DNA of 64,000 nt, taken from an uncultured Acidobacteriota bacterium (GTDB taxonomy: Bacteria > Acidobacteriota > Thermoanaerobaculia > Gp7-AA8). Within the stretch, counting starts at the first letter, position 1. Every line of letters begins with the position of its first letter. The stretch is from assembly GCA_963822445.1 (NCBI GenBank), contig CAWGHO010000001.1, forward strand, positions 32,001 through 96,000, read 5' to 3'. This document shows positions 23,395 to 36,208 of this stretch, piece by piece. The position numbers were made by a program, and so were the translations under genes. The notes below the pieces were generated by a model. That model searched no databases, was not told where the DNA came from, and saw only the letters and a program-made list of their open reading frames with translations.

Positions 23395-24175
23395 GTGTCG
23401 TTGAGAAAACAGTTCGCGATTCTGTTGATCACGACGGGTTTGATCTGCAGCGCGTCGGTCGCGTCGGCGCAGCAGCGCCCGCTCGTGACCGAGGACCCCG
23501 AAACCATCGGCGCCGGTTTGATTCTGTTCGAGGGCGGAATGGAGATCCAGCGCGAGATCTTCTATCCGGTGTCGGGACTCGAAGGCGATTTGCTGCGGTT
23601 CCCGACGCTCGGGGTCAGCTTCGGCCTGAGCTCGATCGCCGAGCTGCAACTCGACGGCGGCTTCTACAATCGGCTCACTGTGAACAGTCGCCAACGCGCT
23701 CCATTGTCGGGTGAGCTCGATTTCGAGGGCGATGAAACCACCGATGTCGAGGATTTGATCCTGGCCACCAAGATCCGTCTGGTGCCGGAGGCGTCCAGCC
23801 GGCCGGCGATCGCGCTCCGTTTCGCCACGAAACTGCCGAACGCCAGCAACGAGAGTGGTCTCGGCCTCGATACGACGGATTTCTTCGTCAGCACGCTCAT
23901 CGGCAAGACCGTCGAATCCGTGCGGATGGTCGGCAATATCGGCCTCGGGATCCTTGGCGATCCGACCGAGGGTGATCGGCAGGGGGACGTCCTCACCTAC
24001 GGCTTTTCCATCGCCCGTGCCGTCCGGGGAAGGGCTCGAAATCGTCGGCGAGATTAACGGGCGCTATGTGCCGACCGACCCGGAGGACACGCCCCCCGGA
24101 ACCGACAGCCGGGCGGCCATGCGGCTGGGGGCACGATTCACTCACAGCACGATCCGGGTGGATGCCGGCATCGAT
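23395..24175 (+). CDS. Signal-peptide beta-barrel transporter-like protein, truncated at the adapter junction
   Basis: ASA-QQRPLVTEDPET; beta-strand pattern; KLPNAS; ends at AGCAATACG. Confidence 0.7.
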
Positions 24176-24225
24176 AGCAATACGCAACTGAAACCAGTAG
24201 AGGACACAGAACACGTCGTATTGCT
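24176..24225. other. Nanopore adapter-adapter chimeric junction 1
   Basis: AGCAATACGCAACTGAA (16/17 match to adapter reverse complement AGCAATACGTAACTGAA) ... CGTATTGCT; genes on both sides are truncated. Confidence 0.9.
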
Positions 24226-24507
24226 AGGGCATTGCGCCACTCGCTGTGGGAGTGCCCGTCGCCGGAAGGGTATTCCGACGACACGCCCTACTGGCTCGAT
24301 CCGGACGGCATGACGATCCGGCTCGACACCTCGCTTCTCTCGGCCTGGGTCTATGGCCCACGTTTCAAGGGTGGCGTGGCCGCGCTCGCCTCGAGTCTCT
24401 TCGATCGTGCTCTATCTATCGAAACGCGCGAGCGCATCGCCGCTGCCGGCGACAGGAGCTACGCCCTCACGATCCTCTTCTCGTCACCAGAATTCCAACG
24501 GAGGTAA
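24226..24507 (+). CDS. DUF1800-family protein, C-terminal fragment
   Basis: PSPEGY..W..R and terminal SSPEFQRR, directly upstream of DUF1501. Confidence 0.8.
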   Translation, partial: RALRHSLWECPSPEGYSDDTPYWLDPDGMTIRLDTSLLSAWVYGPRFKGGVAALASSLFDRALSIETRERIAAAGDRSYALTILFSSPEFQRR

Positions 24508-24512
24508 CGACC

Positions 24513-25892
24513 ATGAGCGACGACCGTCCGTTGGACCCGGCCGAAACGAGGCTGCATCGCGCCGCTTGCGAGGGATGCGCCGAGTCCCGCCTCCTGATGT
24601 CCCGGCGTTCAATGCTTGGCGTCACCGCGGGGCTGTTCTCCTGGGCCTTCATGCCACGCTACGCGGAGGCGGCGAGCGCCGGCGGCGATCCGCGCCTGCT
24701 GGTCGTCGTGCTGCGCGGTGGGATGGACGGGATCTCGACCGTCGTGCCCTTCGGCGATCCGCACTACGTCTCTATGCGCGGCGATATCGCTATTCCCGCT
24801 GCGAGCACGATCAGGCTCAACAGCTTCTTCGGCCTGCATCCGGCCCTGGCGAGCTTTGGAAATCACTACAAGGCGGGCGATGCCGCGGTGGTGCATGCCA
24901 CCTGCACTCCGCTTCGCAACCGTTCGCATTTCGATGCGCAGGACAACCTGGAGAACGGCCTGCCCGGGCTCGCCTCCAACCCAACGGGGTGGCTCAACCG
25001 CCTGCTCACGGCGCTGCCCGCCGGCGCTCCGATCAAGTCGAAGGGCGCCATCCAGATCGGCGATGCGCCACTTATCCTCCGCGGACCGGCGCTGGTGCTC
25101 GGCTGGTCGCCGACCTGGTTCACCCACGTGAAGGACCCGACGCTCTATCTGGTGCGCACGCTCTACCGCGAAAACGATCCGAAGCTCCTCTCCGTCCTCG
25201 AGCAGGGACTGAGGGCCGACCGGCTCGCGGAACGCAGCGACGTGGACGATGGCGACATCAGCAGCCTGCGCAAGGGTTTTCGCGGCGCGGCGCGGCTGGT
25301 CGGAGCGGCCGACGGACCGCGCATCGCGGTGCTTTCTGTGGGCGGCTGGGACACGCATTCCGACCAGGGCGGAGTTACGGGTGCGATGGCGGGTGTGCTC
25401 GGCGAGCTGGACCGGGGCATCCAGGATTTCCGGACCACGATCGGCTCTGCATGGAGCCAGACGGTGATCGTTATGGTCACCGAATTCGGCCGTACCGTGC
25501 GTGCCAACGGCGACGACGGCACCGACCACGGGGTCGGCACAGTGGCGCTTCTCGCCGGGGGAGCGGTGAATGGCGGAAAAGTGTTCGGCGACTGGCCAGG
25601 ACTGGCGCCGGCCAAGCTCTACGAAGGCAGCGACCTGAAGCCCACCACCGACATCCGCTCGGTCTTCAAGGGTGTGTTGCGGGACCATCTCGGGGTTCCC
25701 TCGACGCTGCTCAATTCCACGATCTTTCCCGCGAGCCAATCTGCACCGCCGATGCCGAACCTCGTGAAGAGCAGCGCTGCCTCGGCGGCCGCGATGTCCG
25801 TCACGGATTTTGCTCCCGCGCCGCTCAGGTCGGAGCCGGCGATCGCGCGCTACCGCCGGGGAGCGCGTGTGTCGGTGGAACACCCGACGTAG
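24513..25892 (+). CDS. DUF1501-family protein (Tat-type signal)
   Basis: SRRSMLG; LRGGMDG; RSHFDAQ; GGWDTH; TEFGRT; GTDHG. Confidence 0.9.
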   Translation: MSDDRPLDPAETRLHRAACEGCAESRLLMSRRSMLGVTAGLFSWAFMPRYAEAASAGGDPRLLVVVLRGGMDGISTVVPFGDPHYVSMRGDIAIPAASTIRLNSFFGLHPALASFGNHYKAGDAAVVHATCTPLRNRSHFDAQDNLENGLPGLASNPTGWLNRLLTALPAGAPIKSKGAIQIGDAPLILRGPALVLGWSPTWFTHVKDPTLYLVRTLYRENDPKLLSVLEQGLRADRLAERSDVDDGDISSLRKGFRGAARLVGAADGPRIAVLSVGGWDTHSDQGGVTGAMAGVLGELDRGIQDFRTTIGSAWSQTVIVMVTEFGRTVRANGDDGTDHGVGTVALLAGGAVNGGKVFGDWPGLAPAKLYEGSDLKPTTDIRSVFKGVLRDHLGVPSTLLNSTIFPASQSAPPMPNLVKSSAASAAAMSVTDFAPAPLRSEPAIARYRRGARVSVEHPT

Positions 25893-25912
25893 CGGAGGGC
25901 GTTTTGAGGCAA

Positions 25913-25933
25913 CCTTCTCCCTCTGGGAGAAGG
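25913..25933. repeat. Single palindromic unit of alphaproteobacterial intergenic repeat
   Basis: CCTTCTCCC-TCT-GGGAGAAGG, same stem as 26663-26683. Confidence 0.65.
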
Positions 25934-26001
25934 ATCGTGCTCCGGCGTTTGCGAACCACGTCCCGCCGTGTATGAACGCCTCCGGCAATGGAGGCGTGGC
26001 G

Positions 26002-26643
26002 ATGGCTGACAAAATCGAGGGCGTGACGGTCATCAGCCACCCGCTGGTGCAACACAAGCTCACCATCATGCGCGACAAGGAGACATCGACGCGCGGCTTT
26101 CGTCAGCTGCTGCGCGAGACGGCGGCGCTCATCTGCTACGAGGCGACGCGCGACTTGCCGCTCGAAACCGTCGAGATCGAGACGCCGCTCGCCCCGATGC
26201 AGGCGAAAAAGATCGCTGGCAAGAAGCTGGTCTTCGCGTCGATCCTGCGCGCCGGCAACGGGCTTCTGGAAGGTATGCTCGACCTCGTGCCCTCGGCGCG
26301 CGTCGCCCACATCGGCATCTATCGCGACCACAAGACGCTACAGCCGGTCGAGTACTATTTCAAAGCTCCGGAAGATCTTTCCGAGCGCACCGTCATCTGC
26401 GTCGATCCGATGCTCGCCACGGCCAATTCCTCGGTCGCCGCGATCGACAAGCTGAAGAGCCGCGGCGCCAAGGACATCCGCTTTGTCTGCTTGCTTGCCG
26501 CGCCGGAGGGGATCAAGCATTTTCGCGAAATGCACCCCGACGTGCCGATTTTCACAGCGGCGATTGACAGCCATTTGAACGAGCTGGGTTATATCGTCCC
26601 TGGCCTCGGCGACGCGGGCGACCGCATGTACGGCACGAAGTGA
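26002..26643 (+). CDS. upp: Uracil phosphoribosyltransferase
   Basis: HPLVQHKL; ILRAG; DPMLAT; [17 protein letters not shown]. Confidence 0.97.
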   Translation: MADKIEGVTVISHPLVQHKLTIMRDKETSTRGFRQLLRETAALICYEATRDLPLETVEIETPLAPMQAKKIAGKKLVFASILRAGNGLLEGMLDLVPSARVAHIGIYRDHKTLQPVEYYFKAPEDLSERTVICVDPMLATANSSVAAIDKLKSRGAKDIRFVCLLAAPEGIKHFREMHPDVPIFTAAIDSHLNELGYIVPGLGDAGDRMYGTK

Positions 26644-26662
26644 GGCCAGGCGGTGGAGCAAG

Positions 26663-26796
26663 CCTTCTCCCATAGGGAGAAGGTGGCTGCGAAGCAGCCG
26701 GATGAGGGGCTGCGGCGGTGAAGGTGTGCGAGCTCATCAGCGTCGCATCCCCTCACCCGTCGCCTTCGGCGACACCCTCTCCCTTTGGGAGAGGGG
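26663..26796. repeat. RIME/BIME-like mosaic palindromic repeat between convergent genes
   Basis: CCTTCTCCC..GGGAGAAGGTGG..GGATGAGGGG ... CCCCTCACCC..CCCTCTCCC..GGGAGAGGG, two inverted arms. Confidence 0.75.
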
Positions 26797-26803
26797 GCGA
26801 TCC

Positions 26804-28027
26804 TCAGCTTCGCCTGAACAGCCCCACCGCCTCAACTTCGGCGGAATACACAAACTGGTCGACGGGCACGACGCGTTCGAGTGCGTAGCCGCCCTCGACC
26901 AGGATGCGGGCATCGCGGGCGAATGTGGCCGGGTTGCAGGAGACAGCCGCGACGAGCGGCACATTCGACGCGGCGAGAGCGGTGGCCTGAGCCTTGGCTC
27001 CGTTCCGTGGTGGGTCGAAGACGACCCCGCCATATCTCTCGAGCTCCTGCGGCGAGAGCGGATGCGCATAGAGGTCGCGATGCTCGGTCGTGACGGGCTT
27101 CAACGCCGAAACGCGCCGCGCCGCGGCGGAAAGCGCATCAAGCGCGTCTGCACTGTCTTCAACCGCGTGTATGGCGGCGTGGCGCGCAAGCGCGAGCGTG
27201 AACGTGCCGATCCCGGCGAAGAGATCCGCAACGCGCTTGGCCCTGCCTAGGTGCTCCGCGACAAGGCCGGACATGATCGTCTCCGCCGACGCCTGTATGA
27301 ATGCGCCGGACGGAGCGATAACCGGCACGCCCGAAATAATCACGGTCAACTCGGAGAGCATCAGGATCGGTTCGCCGGCGATCGAAAGCCGGGCGATTCC
27401 GGCTGCGCCGGCCGCTTCGACAAGCTGGCCGGTACCGGCAGCGTTCGGGGGTGTGGCGCCATCGAGCGCAATATCGAGCCCGCCCGAGGTGGCGACCACC
27501 GTCAGCCTGACCGGCTTTTTCTGCGGCAGGAGCGGACGCAGCAGGTCCCGCAAGCCCGCGAGCCTGCTGGAGATGGCCGGCGTCAGCACAGGGCATTCCT
27601 CGATGTCGATGAGCCGATGCGACAGCCGCTCGTGGTAGCCTAGCGTCACATGCTGCCCGATGCGAAGCGCCGTCATTACTGCCCGTCGGCGGGTCGAGAG
27701 ACTGACGCCGACCGTTTCTCCTACCTCCGGCGTCAGCCCTTGCTGCGCGAGTGCGGCGACGACGAAGTCGCGCTTCAGCTTTCGCGTCGCTTCGAGCGTT
27801 AGCATCTGCAGCGCGCAGCCGCCGCAGACCCCAAAATGCCTGCAGACAGGCGCAACGCGCTCAGGGCTCGGCGCGAGCATCTCGACGATCTTTCCCCGCT
27901 CGCCGCTGCGCTCGACGACGATGCGCTCGCCGGGAAGCGCGAAGGGTACGTAGAGCGGCCCTTGCGTCCCACGCGCGATGCCGTCGCCGCGATGGCCGAG
28001 GGCGTCGATGGTGACGGTTTCAGGCAT
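26804..28027 (-). CDS. RNA m5U methyltransferase (RlmD/TrmA family)
   Basis: TRAM-like start; CRHFGVCGGC Fe-S motif; DLFAGIG; DPPR; VSCNP. Confidence 0.93.
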   Translation of the reverse strand: MPETVTIDALGHRGDGIARGTQGPLYVPFALPGERIVVERSGERGKIVEMLAPSPERVAPVCRHFGVCGGCALQMLTLEATRKLKRDFVVAALAQQGLTPEVGETVGVSLSTRRRAVMTALRIGQHVTLGYHERLSHRLIDIEECPVLTPAISSRLAGLRDLLRPLLPQKKPVRLTVVATSGGLDIALDGATPPNAAGTGQLVEAAGAAGIARLSIAGEPILMLSELTVIISGVPVIAPSGAFIQASAETIMSGLVAEHLGRAKRVADLFAGIGTFTLALARHAAIHAVEDSADALDALSAAARRVSALKPVTTEHRDLYAHPLSPQELERYGGVVFDPPRNGAKAQATALAASNVPLVAAVSCNPATFARDARILVEGGYALERVVPVDQFVYSAEVEAVGLFRRS

Positions 28028-28514
28028 TCGCCGGGTTTTCGTTTCGTGCGCCGAGGAGGAATTCGCGATTCCCTGAGCCCCCTTCGATAGGAGAGGGGAG
28101 GAGGCCAACCACGCGCCAGCCCTGCTCCGCTCCGAGCCACGCGGCGATGCCCTCCGCCGCCTTTTGCGCGACAGCGGGATCGCGCACCACGCCGCCTTTG
28201 CCGACCGCCTTCGGCCCGACCTCGAATTGCGGCTTGACCAGCAATATGCCCCAGGCACCCGGCTCCGCGAGTTGGAGCGCCGGCGGCAGCGCGAGCTTCA
28301 GCGATATGAAGCTGAGGTCGGCCACCAACGCGCCGATCTTTTTGTTGTCGAGATGGGCGCACGGAAGGTCGCGAGCGTTGAGGCCTTCAATCAAGGTGAC
28401 GCGCGGATCCGCGGCAAGCGTCGCATCCATCTCGCCGTGCCCCACGTCGACCGCGATGACGTGCGCCGCGCCGCGCTCCAGAAGCACCTGCGTGAAACCA
28501 CCGGTCGAGGCGCC
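28020..28514 (-). CDS. tlyA: TlyA-family rRNA methyltransferase, 5'-truncated by junction 2
   Basis: GASTGGFT; AVDVG; DLSFISL; VKPQFE; GNREF. Confidence 0.92.
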   Translation of the reverse strand, partial: GASTGGFTQVLLERGAAHVIAVDVGHGEMDATLAADPRVTLIEGLNARDLPCAHLDNKKIGALVADLSFISLKLALPPALQLAEPGAWGILLVKPQFEVGPKAVGKGGVVRDPAVAQKAAEGIAAWLGAEQGWRVVGLLPSPIEGGSGNREFLLGARNENPANA

Positions 28515-28587
28515 AGCAATACGTGGTGGCCACGCAACACCTGGCCATGGTTTTGTTGCCTGTTGCTGGTTCGTTACTTGTATTGCT
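28515..28587. other. Nanopore adapter-adapter chimeric junction 2
   Basis: AGCAATACGT ... GTTCGTTACTTGTATTGCT (compare adapter GTTCAGTTACGTATTGCT); tlyA and the protease gene are both cut here. Confidence 0.88.
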
Positions 28588-29383
28588 GGGCCGTGGTGAC
28601 GGCAGCGTTCTCGGTGCCACAGGCCGCGTCGACGGTGCAGTTCGCATTGAACGAGCGGGGCTTCGTGTTCGCGGCATTGGTCACCGGGTTGAGGTGCCCC
28701 GCCAGCTTGAACGCTTCGGTCAGATAACCGACGCCGGAAATCGTGAAGGCGGGAGCCTCATTGCCGGCGGCATTGAACTGCATGACCAACTCCGCACCGG
28801 AGACGGTGTTGCTCCAGAACTCGCCCGTGCCGTTCGGGCCGCGGCCCGTGTACGGACCGTAGGCCATGCCGGCGTTCGTGTGGATGTACAGCTCGGCGCC
28901 TTCGGGCAGGTTGAAATCAGTGAAATGAACGCACATCGCGGCCGCTTCCGGCGCGCGCACGAGACCGGCCCACTCGAAGCCGCCCGCGGCACGACCGCGG
29001 ACCGCACCGAAGAGGTCGTGCGCAGTCGCGCGAGTGCTGAGCGCCCGGCGGGAGAAACCCATCGGCACATGAAGCTCTTTGACCAGGCCGACGCGCATCT
29101 TCTGCTGCATGGCCCCATCCATCAACGCGTCCTGGGCCAGGGCGAGGCGCTCTTCGGGCGTCACCACGACGTCGAGCGCCCGCGCTTCGGACAGATCGAT
29201 CGCCCCCATCGACAGATGCTTCTGCAGGTCGATCATCTGTTGGTTGTGTGCAGCCCGGTTGAATGCCACGGCGGACCGTTCCGTCGCTTTGACAGCGCCG
29301 GCATGGTCGAGCGTCGCCGCGCTGACCTGGGCAACGCTCACCACGAGCATTGCGACGAGCAGGATCGAGAACCGTTTTTTCAT
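28588..29383 (-). CDS. Secreted lysyl-endopeptidase/trypsin-like protease pro-region, 3'-truncated
   Basis: Signal peptide; HFTDFNLPEGAELYI, YGPYTG, FWSNTVSG, CTVDAAC; catalytic domain not present. Confidence 0.65.
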
Positions 29384-29605
29384 TTGATCTCCGTTCGAAA
29401 GTTGATGAAAAGCGCCCTTGAGGGGACAGGCAGCGGATGTTGACTGGGGCCATACAAAGGCAATCGCACGGCCCATCGGCGCGCGGCGCGATGTCGTTTG
29501 AATGGAGAACGTTGCGGCGACCACCTGCTAATGGAACGGGTCAGAAATGGCGCACTGCGTCAGCCTCTGACCCACATGGCGGTCACGCGGCGACCTTTTT
29601 GCCGC

Positions 29606-30784
29606 TCAGAACCGACCACGCGCGACGTGGATCCGCTTCGAGTAGCTCTGGTGCTCGGTCCAGGTGAACCAGACCTCGTCGCCGCGGCGTGCAATTCGCG
29701 TGAAACCCGCGGCGCGCGCAGTGGCCGAGTCGGCGACCTTGATCGACGGCGCGGGCTCCCCGGTCCGTGGCACGCGGCGAGCGCGGATCTCCGCGCCGAG
29801 GGTGGTCTGTTCGAGCCAGGTCACCAGCGCGGTGTCGTCGTCGAGCATCACCACGTCGACGCGACCCGCCGGTTTACCGTCATCGACGGCGATCGCTTTT
29901 CCGAAGGTCGCGCCGCCGTCGTTCGAGAACGCGACGAACACACGTTGTTTCTCCTGCGCGGCCGTGAACCAGGCGATGACCGCGGCGTTGCCGATCGCAT
30001 CGAGCTGCGGACCGTTGACCGGACATCCGTTGATCTTCCAGCCGTCCGCGTGAATCGGTCGCGGCTCGCTCCACGCAGCCCCGCCGCGGCTCACATACGA
30101 AATGTCGCGGATGTCATCCGCGGAGCGATCGCGATAGGCGATGACCGGCCCCGCGGTGGTGACGGTCATCGCCGTCGTGCAGCACTCGCAGGTGCGCGGA
30201 TCGACGACGACGTCCGCGTCGATCTTCCCCGCTGCCGTGACCGTCGCGTAGCGAATGGTCATGTCGCCGTCGCTGCCGGTCATGTTCCGCCCGTCCAGCC
30301 ACGTCGCACCGACGCCACCGCCGGGAAGCGCGGCGAGCGTGACGAATCCATGCTCGGCCTGTTTGCCGTCGCGGTTCAGAAGAAACGGCGCGCTCCACGT
30401 CGATCCGCCGTCGGTCGACGTGGCCATGCGCACGTCATACGAGTAAGTGCCGGAACCGCTCTTCTGCAGCCAGTGCGCGTACAGCGCACCGTTCGCGTCC
30501 TCGATCACCGACGGAAAGTCCGCCCAGTCACAAACAGGTCGCCGCGCTCGACGATCGTGCGCGGCGCGCTCCACTCTTTATCCACGTAACGCGAGAACCG
30601 CAGGGCGAATCGGTCACCCCGCGGCTCGAGCCAGCTGAGAAGCACGACGTCGCGCGTTGCGAACAGAAACGGCTCGGCCGCGCCAACCGGCGCAGGCATG
30701 CTCACTTCCGCGATCGCGTTCCGAGGCTCGCGATTGCACGCGCGCCATCATCACGAGTACGGCGATCGCGATCTCTTTACGCAT
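29606..30784 (-). CDS. BNR/Asp-box (sialidase-like) exported protein, N-terminus frameshifted
   Basis: [18 protein letters not shown]; TCECC and GCPVNGP motifs. Confidence 0.8.
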
Positions 30785-30785
30785 G

Positions 30786-33158
<2,373 letters not shown>

Positions 33159-33181
33159 GGTGGTCTCTCCTTCACTCAGGC

Positions 33182-33208
33182 AGACGCACCGGGGCGCGGG
33201 GGATTACA
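33182..33208 (-). promoter_or_regulatory. Putative ECF-type promoter of copA
   Basis: TGTAAT-N16-CGTCT just upstream of the copA RBS. Confidence 0.5.
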
Positions 33209-33223
33209 GTCGCGCGCCGCGGG

Positions 33224-34747
33224 CTACTTTTCCGCGCTGACCTCAGCTTCGCCCAGCGGCGCCGTCGCCGGCCCATTGAGCACGGCGCCGCGGATGTCGA
33301 AGCGAGATCCGTGGCACGCGCAGTCCCAGCTCTTCTCCGCGGCATTCCAGGCGACGGTGCAGCCCATGTGCGTGCAGGTCGGGTCGAGCACGCACAGCTT
33401 TCCGTCGATGCGGGCCACGGCTGCTTTCTTCCCGTCCGTGGAGACGATCTTCCCTTCTCCCTCGACTACTTCGTCGACGCTCTTCGCTTCCACGTCGAGA
33501 TGGGTGACCTTTTCGATCATCCGCTTCGGGAACACCGTCGCCTTGGTGACGACGTTCTCCAGGATCGCGCTGAGCTTCTTGCGGGCCGGGTCGTAGAGGC
33601 TCGCGTACTCGTTCTCGCGATCGAGCGCGAAGTCGCTGAGCATCAGCGCGGAGAGGGTGCCGTACGTCATCCCCGTGCCCGAGTAGCCGGTCGACATCCA
33701 CACGTTCTTTCCGTGCGAGCTCTCGCCGATGAAGGGCAGCATGTCCGCGGGCTCGTTGATCTGGCCGGACCAGCGGTGGGAGAAGGTCTTCACGCCAAAT
33801 CGCTCGCGACAGTACTGCTCGAGCGCTTCGTAGCGTTCCTCGTCATTCCCTTCCTTACCGACGTCGCGGTCCTCGCCCCCGACGATCAGATACAGCCCTT
33901 TGTCCGTCTCCAGCAGACGGGTGTAGTGATACGGGTAGGCCGTATCCCAGAAGAGCGCATCGGGAATCACGTCGCGCTTGATCGGCGCGGCCACGACGTA
34001 CGTGCGGGTGATGTACATCTTGGCCCAGATGCCACCGCGATCGTTGATGGGGACGTGCGTCGCGAGCAGCACGTGCTTCGCGCGCACACTTCCGACCTCC
34101 CCTTTGATCGCACCGGTGGAAACGTCGTTGATCAGCGTGTTCTCGAAAATGCGCGCGCCGTTGTCGACGGCGGCTTTGGCGAGGGGACGCAGATATTCGC
34201 GAATGTGAAAGATGTACTGATTGCGATAGCGCACCCCGCCCTTCGTCGCGAACGGCACCGGCACTTCCTCGACCCACTCCGTGGCGATGCCCGTCTCCAG
34301 CAGGTACTCCTGCTGTCTCTTCAGGTATTCGACGTCTTTCTCGTCTTCCGTATAGAGATAGCCGTCGACGGCCTTGAAGCCGCAGTCGATTCCCAGCTCT
34401 TCGACCAGCGAGCGGATCAGCGCGATGGACTTCCGAATGGCCTCGGTATTGAGGCGCGCGTCATCGACTCCGTGAGTCTTGATCAGGTCTTTGTAGTCGG
34501 CGTCCGTCGCTTCGATGATGTGCGCGGTCGTGTGGCCGGTCTCCGACATCGCGATCCGCCCCTTGTCGACGAGCACCACCGACTTGCCCGCTTTGGCGAG
34601 CAGGTACGCGGCGGTGATGCCGGTGATGCCCCCTCCGACAATGGCCACGTCGGCGTCGAGGTCTTCCTTCAGCGAGGGATAGTTCGTCGAAGGAGTGGTG
34701 TCGATCCAGATGGAAAGCGATTCGGCGGAGCCTGGCGGGTGTTTCAT
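33224..34747 (-). CDS. FAD-dependent oxidoreductase with C-terminal Rieske domain (YhfW-like)
   Basis: GGGITG; TGHTTAH; CTHMGC and CACHGSRF. Confidence 0.92.
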   Translation of the reverse strand: MKHPPGSAESLSIWIDTTPSTNYPSLKEDLDADVAIVGGGITGITAAYLLAKAGKSVVLVDKGRIAMSETGHTTAHIIEATDADYKDLIKTHGVDDARLNTEAIRKSIALIRSLVEELGIDCGFKAVDGYLYTEDEKDVEYLKRQQEYLLETGIATEWVEEVPVPFATKGGVRYRNQYIFHIREYLRPLAKAAVDNGARIFENTLINDVSTGAIKGEVGSVRAKHVLLATHVPINDRGGIWAKMYITRTYVVAAPIKRDVIPDALFWDTAYPYHYTRLLETDKGLYLIVGGEDRDVGKEGNDEERYEALEQYCRERFGVKTFSHRWSGQINEPADMLPFIGESSHGKNVWMSTGYSGTGMTYGTLSALMLSDFALDRENEYASLYDPARKKLSAILENVVTKATVFPKRMIEKVTHLDVEAKSVDEVVEGEGKIVSTDGKKAAVARIDGKLCVLDPTCTHMGCTVAWNAAEKSWDCACHGSRFDIRGAVLNGPATAPLGEAEVSAEK

Positions 34748-34807
34748 GCAGAAGTTTGCATTCCGCAAACGTGCCTGAACGATCAAAGGTGGTAGCGTCC
34801 TCGCTCC

Positions 34808-36205
34808 ATGCGCCAATCCGTCCGTTTCGCCGTCGTCATCACCGCTCTAGCTCTGACCTTTTCCGCCCGTGCCACGTGCGGCGGCGGAGGTGGAGGCGGC
34901 ACGGGCGGGATGATGCCGAACAACGGCACGGCGCCGAAGGCTTACGTCGTTCCCTGGAAGGTCGCCGATGCCAGCGCGGCAACGGCGGCGCTCACGCTGT
35001 ACTGGGCGCCCGCGGCCGCGGCCGAGGTGAAGGGCAGCGATCTCGTGTCCTCACGAACGCTGACGCTCGCGTCCGCGCAGTGCATCGGAATGATGATCAT
35101 CCATCCCGAGGACACGGCGACGCAGGCGAAGTGGGAAGTCGCTGGAAAGGTTCCGATGGCCTTCCTCGCCGGCCCGGACGGAAAGCAGATCGCGAAAGTC
35201 GACGGCGACAAAGGGAAGCTGCGCCTGTCCGACGTCGAAGGCATGCTGAACCGCGAGCTGAAGGCGCGCGAGGGCGCGCTGGACAAGGTGCTCGACGAAG
35301 CGAAACAGAAAGCGGACGGCGGCGACAAAGACACCGCGACCGCGTTGTACACCCAGGTGTGGGAGCAGCGATGCCTCTCGCCCAAAAAGGGCCGCGCCGC
35401 GCAGAAGGCCTTGGGCAAGCTCGGCGTCGAAGTGAAGGATGCAACGCTGCGGATCACCGATCCGATGGTGACTCCGCGCATGAACGCGCGCATGACCGCG
35501 GCGATGGATCGCGCGCTGGCCGCCGAGGTGGTTGATGATTATGAGAAGGCGCGCTCGCTGTATGCCGCGGCGGTGCAGATCGATCCCGCCGATCCTGTTC
35601 CGCATCGTTTCCTCGCCGAGCTCTATCGCCATCACACCGGCGAATGGACGCTGGCGACGCAGACCTTCAATCACCTGCTGAGCATTCAGCCCGATCCGCT
35701 TTCCCGCGCAGTCGCGCTGCACGGCCTCGGCAAGATCACCATCCACATGGGCAACCCCGCCAAGGGTCTGGCGTTCTTCGAGGAATCGGTGGCCGTCTTT
35801 CCGCTGGCACTCACCTATCGCAACCTCGCCGTGTACTGGAACTCCGAGCGCGTGCGCGACAAAGCGAATGTGTACGTCGCGAAGGCGATGGCCATGGCCC
35901 CCGATGATCCGTTCAACCTGATCTTCGCCGCGACGTACATGGCCGACAGCGGCCGCGGCGAAGAAGCACTGCGCATCGCCCGCGAGCACGAGAACATCCT
36001 GGCCGCTTCCTACAACCTCGCCGCCATCTACGCCCTCCTCGGACAGAAGGGCAAAGCCATGGACTTGCTGAAGCGCCACTTCTACACCTACGAGCGCTAC
36101 GACGACGTGCGGGCCATGGAAATGTGGGAAGCGCGCGTCGACTACGTGTTCTCGTCGATCAAGGATGACCAGGACTTCGTGGAGCTGACGAAACTGGCGC
36201 GCTGA
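34808..36205 (+). CDS. Exported TPR-repeat protein of unknown function
   Basis: Signal peptide, TCGGGGGGG, helical TPR-like repeats (ALHGLG, YRNLA, YNLAAIYA). Confidence 0.8.
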   Translation: MRQSVRFAVVITALALTFSARATCGGGGGGGTGGMMPNNGTAPKAYVVPWKVADASAATAALTLYWAPAAAAEVKGSDLVSSRTLTLASAQCIGMMIIHPEDTATQAKWEVAGKVPMAFLAGPDGKQIAKVDGDKGKLRLSDVEGMLNRELKAREGALDKVLDEAKQKADGGDKDTATALYTQVWEQRCLSPKKGRAAQKALGKLGVEVKDATLRITDPMVTPRMNARMTAAMDRALAAEVVDDYEKARSLYAAAVQIDPADPVPHRFLAELYRHHTGEWTLATQTFNHLLSIQPDPLSRAVALHGLGKITIHMGNPAKGLAFFEESVAVFPLALTYRNLAVYWNSERVRDKANVYVAKAMAMAPDDPFNLIFAATYMADSGRGEEALRIAREHENILAASYNLAAIYALLGQKGKAMDLLKRHFYTYERYDDVRAMEMWEARVDYVFSSIKDDQDFVELTKLAR

Positions 36206-36208
36206 CCG

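Noticed and set aside
24176-24225. Inverted repeat AGCAATACG/CGTATTGCT as a hairpin or transposon end
   Set aside because: Explained by end-to-start adapter sequence; the same words recur at 28515-28587
24226-28514. Horizontally acquired genomic island
   Set aside because: Bordered by sequencing-adapter remnants with truncated genes; contains housekeeping genes and no integrase or att repeats
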